NCBI GenBank assembly: GCA_958407445.1
Contig: CATYIU010000006.1
Location: 412-64,411 of the forward strand
Length of the DNA stretch: 64,000 nucleotides
Source of the DNA: an uncultured Collinsella sp.
GTDB taxonomy: Bacteria > Actinomycetota > Coriobacteriia > Coriobacteriales > Coriobacteriaceae
Reading direction: 5' to 3'
Shown piece by piece: positions 1-8,000 of this stretch. The notes under the pieces were generated by a model. It had not been told where the DNA came from. It ran no database searches and worked only from the letters and a program-made list of their open reading frames with translations. Made by a program: the position numbers and the translations under genes. Numbering within the stretch: the first letter of the stretch is position 1; each line of letters opens with the position of its first letter.

Positions 1-343
1 GCTCGACAAGTACATCCATGGTTGCCAAACGCGGCGTGCCCTTATCGTCATGGGCGGCAAGGTCGTGAGCCAGCAGAATCAGGCCGGCGCAGGTGCCCAG
101 GACGGGCATGCCTTCAGCGATGCGGGCACGAAGCTCCTCGAGCATGCCCAACTCATCAAGCAGTTTCCCTTGAACGGTAGACTCGCCGCCGGGAAGTACC
201 AGACGGCCAAAGTCCTGCTTCAAATCAGCCGCCTGCCTCAGCTCAATACAACGTGCGCCCAGCTCGGACAGCCTCGCTTCGTGCTCGGCAAAAGCACCTT
301 GGATCGCCAGCACGGCGACCGTCTGGTCTGCGTAATCACTCAT
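1..343 (-). CDS. pdxT: Pyridoxal 5'-phosphate synthase glutaminase subunit (runs off the window start)
   Basis: Manual translation from ATG 343: MSDYADQTVAVLAIQGAFAEH...LVLPGGEST...PVLGTCAGLILL (class I glutaminase PGGEST and GTCAG motifs); directly downstream of pdxS. Confidence 0.95.
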   Translation of the reverse strand, partial: MSDYADQTVAVLAIQGAFAEHEARLSELGARCIELRQAADLKQDFGRLVLPGGESTVQGKLLDELGMLEELRARIAEGMPVLGTCAGLILLAHDLAAHDDKGTPRLATMDVLVE

Positions 344-363
344 GTGCGATCCTTTCTGCCGGA

Positions 364-1254
364 CTAGCGTCCGCGCTCCTCCATGATGATCTCGATCTCG
401 TCAGCGTTGATGCCCACCATGGCCTCGCCCAGGTCCTCCGAAAGCTCGGCGATGAGCTTGGCGTCGGTGAAGTTTGCCACGGCCTTGACGATGGCGGCGG
501 CGCGCTTGGCGGGGTCGCCGCTCTTAAAGATGCCCGAGCCAACAAAGACGCCCTCGGCGCCCAGCTGCATCATCAGCGCGGCGTCGGCGGGGGTCGCGAC
601 TCCGCCGGCGGCAAAGTTTACGACGGGGAGCTTGCCCGTGGCATGGACCTCGCGCACCAGCTCGACCGGAACCTGCAGCTGCTTGGCTGCCTCAAAGAGC
701 TCGTCGTCGCGCAGAGCAACAACGTCGCGGATCTGCTTTTGGATCTTGCGCATATGGCGCACGGCCTGAACGACGTCGCCCGTGCCCGGCTCGCCCTTGG
801 TGCGAATCATCGTGGCGCCCTCAGCAACACGGCGCAACGCCTCGCCCAGATCGCGGGCGCCGCAGACAAACGGCACGTCAAACTGGGTCTTGTCGATGTG
901 ATAGACATCATCGGCGGGGGAGAGGACCTCGGACTCATCGATGTAATCGATCTCGATGGCCTGCAGGACCTGCGCCTCGACAATGTGACCGATGCGACAC
1001 TTGGCCATAACGGGGATGGAGACGGCCTCCTGGATGCCCTTGATCATCTTGGGGTCGCTCATGCGCGAGACGCCGCCTGCGGCGCGGATGTCGGCCGGGA
1101 TGCGCTCGAGCGCCATGACGGCGCAGGCGCCCGCCTCCTCGGCGATGCGTGCCTGCTCGGGCGTGGTGACGTCCATGATGACGCCGCCCTTGAGCATCTG
1201 CGCGAGCTCGCGATTGAGTTTGACGCGATCGGCCTTGCTGGTCTGTTCTGCCAT
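364..1254 (-). CDS. pdxS: Pyridoxal 5'-phosphate synthase lyase subunit
   Basis: [68 protein letters not shown]; start taken at MAEQTS behind AAGGGAG. Confidence 0.97.
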   Translation of the reverse strand: MAEQTSKADRVKLNRELAQMLKGGVIMDVTTPEQARIAEEAGACAVMALERIPADIRAAGGVSRMSDPKMIKGIQEAVSIPVMAKCRIGHIVEAQVLQAIEIDYIDESEVLSPADDVYHIDKTQFDVPFVCGARDLGEALRRVAEGATMIRTKGEPGTGDVVQAVRHMRKIQKQIRDVVALRDDELFEAAKQLQVPVELVREVHATGKLPVVNFAAGGVATPADAALMMQLGAEGVFVGSGIFKSGDPAKRAAAIVKAVANFTDAKLIAELSEDLGEAMVGINADEIEIIMEERGR

Positions 1255-1308
1255 GGTTGCTCCCTTGGTTGGCATGTACATTGCTTGACGGAACATCCTA
1301 TCGGGGAG

Positions 1309-1388
1309 CTGGGTATGGCGAAATACTCAGTTTTCGAGATAATAACAAGGTCAGACTAATGCCAGATTGAATGATTCGATAAGGTCAG
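1309..1388. promoter_or_regulatory. Candidate PdxR (MocR-type) operator repeats in the pdxS/pdxR divergent region
   Basis: Inverted pair CTGGGTAT (1309-1316) / ATACTCAG (1323-1330) and direct repeat AAGGTCAG (1347-1354, 1381-1388). Confidence 0.45.
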
Positions 1389-1399
1389 GTGATAGACCC

Positions 1400-2836
1400 A
1401 TGCTTGACTACAATTTGGAAAATCGCGGCGAAGCATCGCTTTATGAGTATGTTTACCAGCAAATTCGCGATGATATTGTTGCTGGCCGTATTGCGGCGGG
1501 GGAGCATCTTCCGTCTAAGCGCGCCTTTGCCAGTCATCTGGGAATCAGTGTCATTACTATCGAGAATGCATATAGCCAGTTGCTTGCCGAGGGCTATATT
1601 TGCTCAATGCCGCGTCGTGGCTACTACGCGTGCGAGCTTCCGGATGCGCCGGTTTTGGCTTTGGCTGCGGGGGATATCGACCGAGATGCTGTCCCTGTTG
1701 GTCCCAGCGCGCATGATGCCATGGGGCAGGCAGAGCGATTCGACGCACTTTCTCCTTCCGCTTTGGAGGCGGCGCGGCTTTGGCAAAGTGCGCTACGGGC
1801 GACGCTGACGTCCGAAGACGAACGTGAAATCTTTTCGCCCGCACCGGCGCAGGGCACCGCTCGACTGCGACGTGCGATTGCGCACCATCTGCGCGGGACA
1901 AGGGGCATGAATGTCAATCCCGACAATATCGTTATCGGTGCGGGCGCCCAGCTGCTCGATACCATGTTGGTTCAGTTGCTTGGCGCGGACAAGGTGTATG
2001 CCGTCGAGGATCCAGGCTATTTGCGCTTGACGCGCATCTATCAGGCCATGGGTTGCGAAGTGCGGCATGTCCCGTTGGATGCTGAGGGCGTGGACTTGAG
2101 CGCGCTGCAGAAAACCGGGACCGATGTCCTTCACCTGATGCCGTCTCATCAGTATCCGACCGGTCTTGTGACGAGCATTGCACGTCGCTATGCGTTGCTG
2201 AGCTGGGCCGCCGAGCGGCCAGGTCGGTATCTCATCGAAGACGACTTTGATTGTGAGTTTCGCCTTGCCGGCAAGCCGATTCCCGCGCTCGCGTCGATCG
2301 ATGCCGCCCAGTCGGTTATCTACACCAACACGTTTTCGAAGAGCCTTTCATCGGCGTTACGTTTGGCGTACATGGTGCTGCCCGATGAACTAATGGAGAG
2401 GTTTAAACGCAACCTTGGTTTCTACGCCTCGTCGGTAAGTTCTGTTGATCAGGTTGCCTTGGCGCGTTTGCTGGAATCGGGTGATTACGAGCGACATGTG
2501 AACCGCGTGCGCGTTCGTGCTCGTGGGGCGCGTGATGGCCTGGCGGCGCTTGTACGGAAAACGTTTCCGGCAGGGGAAGTCTCGATCGAGTACGCGGACG
2601 CCGGCCTTTACTGCGTCGTGGCCGTGGAGTGTGACGCGGGCGGAAGCTCTTTTGCACGGGCCCTCACGCGCTCGAGCATCCCTTTTATCGATATCGGTGA
2701 CTGTTTTTGGTGTGCCGATGGCGCATCTGTCCCTGAAAACTCAACTCAAATTCTTGTTCAGTATGACGATCTGAGTCCAAAAGTACTAACTACCTTGGAA
2801 TTGCAGCTAATGGGGAGCACTCTGCAACCTAAGTGA
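1400..2836 (+). CDS. pdxR: MocR/GntR-family PLP-dependent transcriptional regulator
   Basis: N-terminal wHTH (LYEYVYQQIRDDI...LPSKRAFA...AYSQLLAEGY) plus aminotransferase-like domain (PSHQYPTG, IEDDFD, NTFSKSL); divergent from pdxST. Confidence 0.9.
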   Translation: MLDYNLENRGEASLYEYVYQQIRDDIVAGRIAAGEHLPSKRAFASHLGISVITIENAYSQLLAEGYICSMPRRGYYACELPDAPVLALAAGDIDRDAVPVGPSAHDAMGQAERFDALSPSALEAARLWQSALRATLTSEDEREIFSPAPAQGTARLRRAIAHHLRGTRGMNVNPDNIVIGAGAQLLDTMLVQLLGADKVYAVEDPGYLRLTRIYQAMGCEVRHVPLDAEGVDLSALQKTGTDVLHLMPSHQYPTGLVTSIARRYALLSWAAERPGRYLIEDDFDCEFRLAGKPIPALASIDAAQSVIYTNTFSKSLSSALRLAYMVLPDELMERFKRNLGFYASSVSSVDQVALARLLESGDYERHVNRVRVRARGARDGLAALVRKTFPAGEVSIEYADAGLYCVVAVECDAGGSSFARALTRSSIPFIDIGDCFWCADGASVPENSTQILVQYDDLSPKVLTTLELQLMGSTLQPK

Positions 2837-2949
2837 GTAGACTTTTAGCACTTTGGCGACCAGACAGTTTTGTAACAAGCTATCTACCTGCGGTTTTGAA
2901 AAGCAGGATGACCGGCCTGCTCGGGATGTTCAAAAAAGTCTACTCACTT
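2831..2949 (+). repeat. 119-bp TIR-bounded element, copy 1
   Basis: AAGTGAGTAGACTTTT (2831-2846) ... AAAAGTCTACTCACTT (2934-2949); central TACCTGCG at 2885. Confidence 0.9.
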
Positions 2950-3126
2950 GCCGCGCAAAGCTCCTGCATGAGAAAAAAATGGGGTTTTCAACAGGGCTTC
3001 GTCCAGCTCTCGGCAAGCTTTTGGCCAGTTGGGGAGGGCTGTTGAAAACTTGGCAGTCCGTTCGGCGCCATTTTTGGTGCGTTCGCGCCAATGCGTGACT
3101 GACTGGGTTGAAATTCGTGTTTTCCT

Positions 3127-4260
3127 GTGCCTATGAAGGATCTACTTTGTGACATATCAGCTTTTAGGTACTGGCGTTTGCCTCCTCAAGTCCGCGCTTT
3201 GTGTCCGCCGCTTCCACGGCCGGAAGAAGACCGGCAGCGATATGAACTCGCCCGCAACCCGACGGCTGCGGTCGCGCTCGGTTTTCCGTTGTATACATTG
3301 GTTCGGACGAGAAACAAACGGACTTGTCCTGCCAGCATTAGGCAGCGGCTGTTTCTTGGTGAGCTTCCCAGGGAATCCGTGCTGGAAACGGAGCATGGGT
3401 TTTTGATTACGTCTCCTCTACTGACGGCATTCATCATGTTGCGGCATCTGACGGATCTTCAGCTTCTTTTGGTATTGGCGGAGGTGTGTGGCTTGTTTGC
3501 GGTGTGCGCCCTGCCGGCGGCACTTGAGGCGGAGCTTTCGCGTGCAATTGATTCGGGCGCGATTTCGACAACGTTCGGTTGGGTGCGCTGCCCGTCCGAG
3601 GACGGCACCGCCTCAAATTTATGGCGTCGAGACGCTTTGGTTTTGGGCGGAGACCTTGACCGTTTTTGTTCAGATGTTTGCGGGATGCGTTACGGCAATA
3701 GATTTATAGCGGTATCGCAACTCGTTCCATTGGGTGCCGCGTCGCCTTTTGAGGTCGAGGCGTATTTGCTACTTGCACTGCCGCGATCCCTGGGAGGCGA
3801 AGGTTTTTGCGGCATAGAGCTTAATGTTGAAGTGATGCTAAGCACAAGTGCTCGAGCGATTGTGGGAAAGTCCCGTGTATATATCGACCTACTTCTTTCT
3901 TCGCCGGACGGCAGGCGACAGGTGGCCATTGAATGTCAGGGAAAGGCCTCGCACGGACGCGCAGGGGATGGCTTGCGTGACGCTGACCGCATGACGGCCC
4001 TTCAGGCCATGGGCTACGATGTACTTCTCCTGACACACAGACAGATATCCGATGAGGATAGATTCCGCGCGATCGTTAAGGCCATATGCAGGATGCTCGA
4101 TGCTGAATATCGTGATAAAAGCTCAGATGAGCAAAGGGCTGAGACATTACTCCGGTCTGAACTATTCGTTGACTGGACAAAATTGGGAGTAATCGACGGA
4201 AAGATGCCCGTTAGACGCAAAACAGCTCGATCGTGGACGGCTGCGGTTCTAAGTGAGTAG
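3127..4260 (+). CDS. Hypothetical protein with AbiEi-like middle region and C-terminal DUF559/Vsr-like PD-(D/E)XK nuclease domain
   Basis: 377 aa; motifs ITSPLLT, AASPFEVE, IELNVEV, YIDLLL...VAIECQGKASH, DADRMTALQAMGYDVLLLT; start may be ATG 3133. Confidence 0.7.
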   Translation: MPMKDLLCDISAFRYWRLPPQVRALCPPLPRPEEDRQRYELARNPTAAVALGFPLYTLVRTRNKRTCPASIRQRLFLGELPRESVLETEHGFLITSPLLTAFIMLRHLTDLQLLLVLAEVCGLFAVCALPAALEAELSRAIDSGAISTTFGWVRCPSEDGTASNLWRRDALVLGGDLDRFCSDVCGMRYGNRFIAVSQLVPLGAASPFEVEAYLLLALPRSLGGEGFCGIELNVEVMLSTSARAIVGKSRVYIDLLLSSPDGRRQVAIECQGKASHGRAGDGLRDADRMTALQAMGYDVLLLTHRQISDEDRFRAIVKAICRMLDAEYRDKSSDEQRAETLLRSELFVDWTKLGVIDGKMPVRRKTARSWTAAVLSE

Positions 4261-4369
4261 GCTTTTGGCACTTTGGCGACCAGGCCGTTTTGAAACAAGT
4301 CATTTACCTGCGACTTTATAAAGCAATACGGATGGTCTGCTCGGCAAGTTTCGAAAAGTCTACTCACTT
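4251..4369 (+). repeat. 119-bp TIR-bounded element, copy 2
   Basis: AAGTGAGTAGGCTTTT ... AAAAGTCTACTCACTT; TACCTGCG at 4305; about 95/119 identical to copy 1 without gaps (hand count). Confidence 0.9.
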
Positions 4370-4502
4370 AGTTTTTGACGAGAGACCGATGCCGAAGATA
4401 GCTCTATTTCAGGGCGTTAACGAGTCCTCGAGACACAAAAAGGCCCGAACCAATATGAACTGCCTCCCATTTCTTGGACATGAGAAATGGGAGGCTTTCT
4501 TT

Positions 4503-4994
4503 ATGCGCGTTGATTTGAGAGTGAAGCATGATATCGAGGCCAGGAAGGCGGCCATAGGGCTCTTCGAGCTCGGGCACGGGTATAAATCTGCCGCGATTGC
4601 CCTTTCGCTTCCCGTGGAAGCCGTGAGAAGATGGCAGGAGATATACCGCGCATTCGGGAGCGAGGTGCTGCTGCGCATGGACGGAAAGCAGGGCAGGTAC
4701 ACATACGAGCAGAAGGTCGCCGCCGCCTCCGCCGTCGTCGACGGCGGCATGACGAAGACCGAGGCGATGGCGGCGTTCGGCATAATGTCGATGTCGCCGC
4801 TCAAGAAGTGGTGCGCGCTATACCGCCGGGGCGGCGCGGAGGCCCTGCGCCCGAGGCCCAAGGGCCGGCCGAAGGGTTCCAAGGCGAGGCCGCGGACCCG
4901 CGAGGAGGAGCTCGAGGAGCGGTGCCGTAGGCTCGAGGCCGAGGTGGCCTACCTAAAAAAATTACGCGCCCTGGTCGAGAGGGACGGGCTCTGA
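4503..4994 (+). CDS. IS3-family transposase OrfA (double HTH)
   Basis: MRVDLRVKH...YTYEQKVAAA...ALRPRPKGRPKG...LEAEVAYLKKL, typical OrfA C-terminus. Confidence 0.9.
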   Translation: MRVDLRVKHDIEARKAAIGLFELGHGYKSAAIALSLPVEAVRRWQEIYRAFGSEVLLRMDGKQGRYTYEQKVAAASAVVDGGMTKTEAMAAFGIMSMSPLKKWCALYRRGGAEALRPRPKGRPKGSKARPRTREEELEERCRRLEAEVAYLKKLRALVERDGL

Positions 4995-5866
4995 CCAGGG
5001 CGAAGGCCGAAGCGGTCGCGGCCCTGCGCGCCGAGGGGCACGCGCTCGGGCACCTGCTCGCATGCGCCGAGCTCAAGCGGTCGACCTACTACTACGCCCT
5101 CGCGCACCCGCCGAGGCCCACGCGCCCCGAGCTCTGGGAGGCGGCCGCCGAGATCTTCTCGCGCACCGCCAACGGCTGCGGGCACCGGCAGATAGCGATG
5201 TGCCTCAGGGCGGAAGAGGGGGCCGTGATAGCCGACAAGACCGTGCTCAAGATGATGCGCGAGATGGGGATTCGCTGCGGTATCAGACGCGAGACGGCCT
5301 ACCACAGGTACAACTCGTACAGGGGCGTCGTCGGCAGGACGTTCGAGAACGTGATCGCGAGGGATTTCGACGCCGGGGCCCCGTGGCGGAAGCTGGGAAC
5401 GGACGTCACCGAGTTCAAGGTGGCGGGCGGCAAGGCCTACTGGGCCCCGACGCTGGACTTCTGCACCAAGGAGATCGTGGCGAGCGACATATCGACCACG
5501 CCCGACATGGCCCAGCAGGTCAGGATGCTCGACGAGCTGCTGTCCAAGATCCCCGAGGGCGCCGCCCCGACCATGCACTCGGACCGGGGCCGGCAGTACC
5601 AGCACGCCTCGTACACATCCAGGCTCGAGGCCGCCGGCATCGTCCAGAGCATGTCCAGGAAGGCGAACTGCATCGACAACGCCGCCACCGAGCAGCTCTT
5701 CGGCCACGTCAAGGACGAGTTCTACCGGGGCCGCGAGTGGGAGACGTTCGAGGATTTCAAACGCGACCTGGAGGAATACATAGTCCACTGGAACACGAGC
5801 CGGAGGCAGGTAAGATTGAAGGGCCTGACCCCGGAGGAGTTCCGGAATCAGGCCCTCGCGGCCTAG
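4955..5866 (+). CDS. IS3-family transposase OrfB (DDE/rve), in the -1 frame relative to OrfA
   Basis: A7 slippery run at 4955-4961; -1 frame open to 5866; motifs KRSTYYY, TDVTEF, HSDRGRQY, SMSRKANCIDNAATE. Confidence 0.9.
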   Translation, partial: KKITRPGREGRALTRAKAEAVAALRAEGHALGHLLACAELKRSTYYYALAHPPRPTRPELWEAAAEIFSRTANGCGHRQIAMCLRAEEGAVIADKTVLKMMREMGIRCGIRRETAYHRYNSYRGVVGRTFENVIARDFDAGAPWRKLGTDVTEFKVAGGKAYWAPTLDFCTKEIVASDISTTPDMAQQVRMLDELLSKIPEGAAPTMHSDRGRQYQHASYTSRLEAAGIVQSMSRKANCIDNAATEQLFGHVKDEFYRGREWETFEDFKRDLEEYIVHWNTSRRQVRLKGLTPEEFRNQALAA

Positions 5867-5954
5867 TCGCTATTTAGGGCGTCCAAGATTTGGGACGCAG
5901 TTCAATACGGTCCGGGCCTTCTTCGAGCTAGAGGTTATGTCTCAGGCAGTTGGC

Positions 5955-6515
5955 TTAGCCAAAGTAGCGCTTGAGCAGGCCAGCGAAAGCCTTGCCGTGG
6001 CGGGCCTCGTCGCGAGCCATCTCGTGCACGGTGTCGTGGATGGCATCGAGGCCAGCGGCCTTGGCGCGCTTGGCAAGATCGGTCTTGCCGGCGGTGGCGC
6101 CATTCTCGGCCTCAACGCGCATCTCCAGGTTCTTCTTGGTGGAATCGGTCACGACCTCGCCCAGGAGCTCGGCGAACTTGGCGGCATGCTCGGCCTCCTC
6201 GTGGGCAGCCTTCTCCCAGTACAGGCCGATCTCGGGATAACCCTCGCGATGAGCAACGCGAGCCATGGCCAGGTACATACCGACCTCGGAGCACTCGCCC
6301 TCAAAGTTGGCGCGCAGATCGGCAACGATGTCCTCGGAGACGCCCTCCATCTTGGCGACGCCCACGACGTGCTCGGCAGCCCACTCGAGCTGGCCCTCCT
6401 CCTGCTTCAGGAAGCGAGAGCCGGGAACGCCGCACTGGGGGCACTTGAAATCCTCGGGCAGCTGGTCGCCGTCGAACTCTTCCACATAACCGCAAACGGG
6501 GCAAACAAACTTCAT
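5955..6515 (-). CDS. Reverse rubrerythrin / NADH peroxidase (N-terminal rubredoxin, C-terminal ferritin-like domain)
   Basis: [10 protein letters not shown]...CPQCG rubredoxin; [22 protein letters not shown] di-iron motifs. Confidence 0.92.
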   Translation of the reverse strand: MKFVCPVCGYVEEFDGDQLPEDFKCPQCGVPGSRFLKQEEGQLEWAAEHVVGVAKMEGVSEDIVADLRANFEGECSEVGMYLAMARVAHREGYPEIGLYWEKAAHEEAEHAAKFAELLGEVVTDSTKKNLEMRVEAENGATAGKTDLAKRAKAAGLDAIHDTVHEMARDEARHGKAFAGLLKRYFG

Positions 6516-6630
6516 GATTCGATCCTTTCGATCGATGGCGATGGTGCGCTCGTCCGGTCCCGTAAGGGCCCTCTCCGGACGTGCGTCTTGACGAGTTCTA
6601 TTATCCATAAATGAGACCGAATGTGAAGCC

Positions 6631-6651
6631 TATTAGGAATGATTTTTAATA
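6631..6651. promoter_or_regulatory. Possible PerR/Fur-type box upstream of rubrerythrin
   Basis: AT-rich imperfect palindrome TATTAGGAATGATTTTTAATA in a GC-rich background. Confidence 0.4.
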
Positions 6652-6674
6652 AAACAATTTAAGCATGTGTAGAT

Positions 6675-6752
6675 GTTGATTGATTAACGATTGCTAGACC
6701 TCGTGCGACCTCCGATGAGTACAATCGGTCGAGCAAATGTTGACCAATCAAC
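6675..6752. promoter_or_regulatory. Pair of palindromic operator-like sites upstream of the ADH-ALDH operon
   Basis: GTTGATTGATTAAC (6675-6688) and GTTGACCAATCAAC (6739-6752); 12/14 match to each other in opposite orientation. Confidence 0.55.
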
Positions 6753-6771
6753 AAATGAAGGAGCTTCCTTT

Positions 6772-7992
6772 ATGCATCTAGCCCGCCGCGCCTGGTGCCG
6801 AACGTATCAAACGGTTTTTCGCATCGCATTGCCGGTGCTGCCCTATACCGAGCCACGCATTTTAGAGCACGCTGAGGAAGTGCCCGCAGTGCTTCAAAAG
6901 CGTTCAATACACCATGTTCTTATCGTGACAGATCCCGGCATTGCCCGTCTGGGGCTCACGGCACCGCTCGAGACAGCGCTCGCGTCCAAGGGAATTAGCG
7001 CTGCGGTCTATGCCGAAACATGTGCGAACCCCACGGTCTCAAACGTGGAGGAAGCGGCATCTCTGTATCGAGAGAGCGCCTGCCAGGCCATTATCGGCTT
7101 TGGCGGCGGTTCGGCCATGGACTGCGCCAAGGGCGTGGGCGCGCGCATCGCGCAGCCAAAGAAGCCCATCAACAAGATGCGCGGCCTGTTGCGTATCCAT
7201 CGTCGCCTGCCGCTGCTCATCGCCGTTCCCACCACGGCGGGCACGGGAGGCGAGGTCACGCTTGCAGCGGTAATTACCGACGACGAGACGCACTACAAGT
7301 ATCCCATTAACGACTTTGTGCTGATCCCGCGCTTTGCGGTGCACGACCCCGAGTTTACGCGCGGCCTGCCCGCCTCCATTACGGGGCAAACGGGCATGGA
7401 CGCCCTGACACATGCCGTCGAGGCCTTTATCGGGCGCAGCACCACGCCCTATACGCGCAAGATGGCGCGCCAGGCGGTGCAGCTCATCCACGACAATTTG
7501 CTCGAGGCCTATGAGTGCGGTGGCAACATGCGTGCGCGCCGCAATATGCTTTCGGCGGCGTATAAAGCGGGCGTTGCCTTTACGCGCTCTTATGTTGGAT
7601 ACGTCCATGCCATCGCGCACAGCCTGGGCGGGCGTTACGGGATTCCCCACGGCTTGGCCAACGCCATCATCCTGCCGCACATGCTTCGCGCCTATGGCGA
7701 AGCTGCTGCTCCCAAGCTCGCCGATCTCGCCCGCATGGCCGGCATTGCGCCGGCTAATGCGCTGGACAACGTGGCTGCTGAGGCCTTTATCGATTGGGTC
7801 GACCGCATGAACGCCGCCTTGGGCATACCCAAATATGTGACGGGCATTCGCCGCTCCGACATTCCTGAGATGGCGGCGCATGCCGATGCCGAGGCCAATC
7901 CCCTGTACCCCGTTCCGCTTTTAATGGACCGTTTGGAGCTCGAGCATATGTACGAGGTCGTTGCGGGTGGTATGTTTGAAGACGAGAACTAG
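6772..7992 (+). CDS. Iron-containing alcohol dehydrogenase
   Basis: GFGGGSAMDCAK, VPTTAGTGGE, GMDALTHAVE, HAIAH...HGLANA; RBS AAGGAG. Confidence 0.93.
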   Translation: MHLARRAWCRTYQTVFRIALPVLPYTEPRILEHAEEVPAVLQKRSIHHVLIVTDPGIARLGLTAPLETALASKGISAAVYAETCANPTVSNVEEAASLYRESACQAIIGFGGGSAMDCAKGVGARIAQPKKPINKMRGLLRIHRRLPLLIAVPTTAGTGGEVTLAAVITDDETHYKYPINDFVLIPRFAVHDPEFTRGLPASITGQTGMDALTHAVEAFIGRSTTPYTRKMARQAVQLIHDNLLEAYECGGNMRARRNMLSAAYKAGVAFTRSYVGYVHAIAHSLGGRYGIPHGLANAIILPHMLRAYGEAAAPKLADLARMAGIAPANALDNVAAEAFIDWVDRMNAALGIPKYVTGIRRSDIPEMAAHADAEANPLYPVPLLMDRLELEHMYEVVAGGMFEDEN

Positions 7993-8000
7993 GAGGGCCC

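Larger units (their letters stand above)
4456..5904 (+). mobile_element. IS3-family (IS150-like) insertion sequence, 1449 bp, apparently intact
   Basis: TG...CA ends; imperfect TIRs TGAACTGCCTCCCATTTCTTGGAC / GTCCAAGATTTGGGACGCAGTTCA; 3-bp target duplication ATA (4453-4455, 5905-5907). Confidence 0.93.

Noticed and set aside
2831..4369. Composite transposon or IS interpretation of the repeat-nuclease cassette
   Set aside because: No DDE, HUH or recombinase motifs in the ORF, no outer target duplication, and the TIRs do not match the adjacent IS3 ends.
4290..4502. N-terminal extension of the IS OrfA ORF
   Set aside because: Begins outside the IS left end (4456), within repeat copy 2; ATG 4503 has an RBS inside the element.
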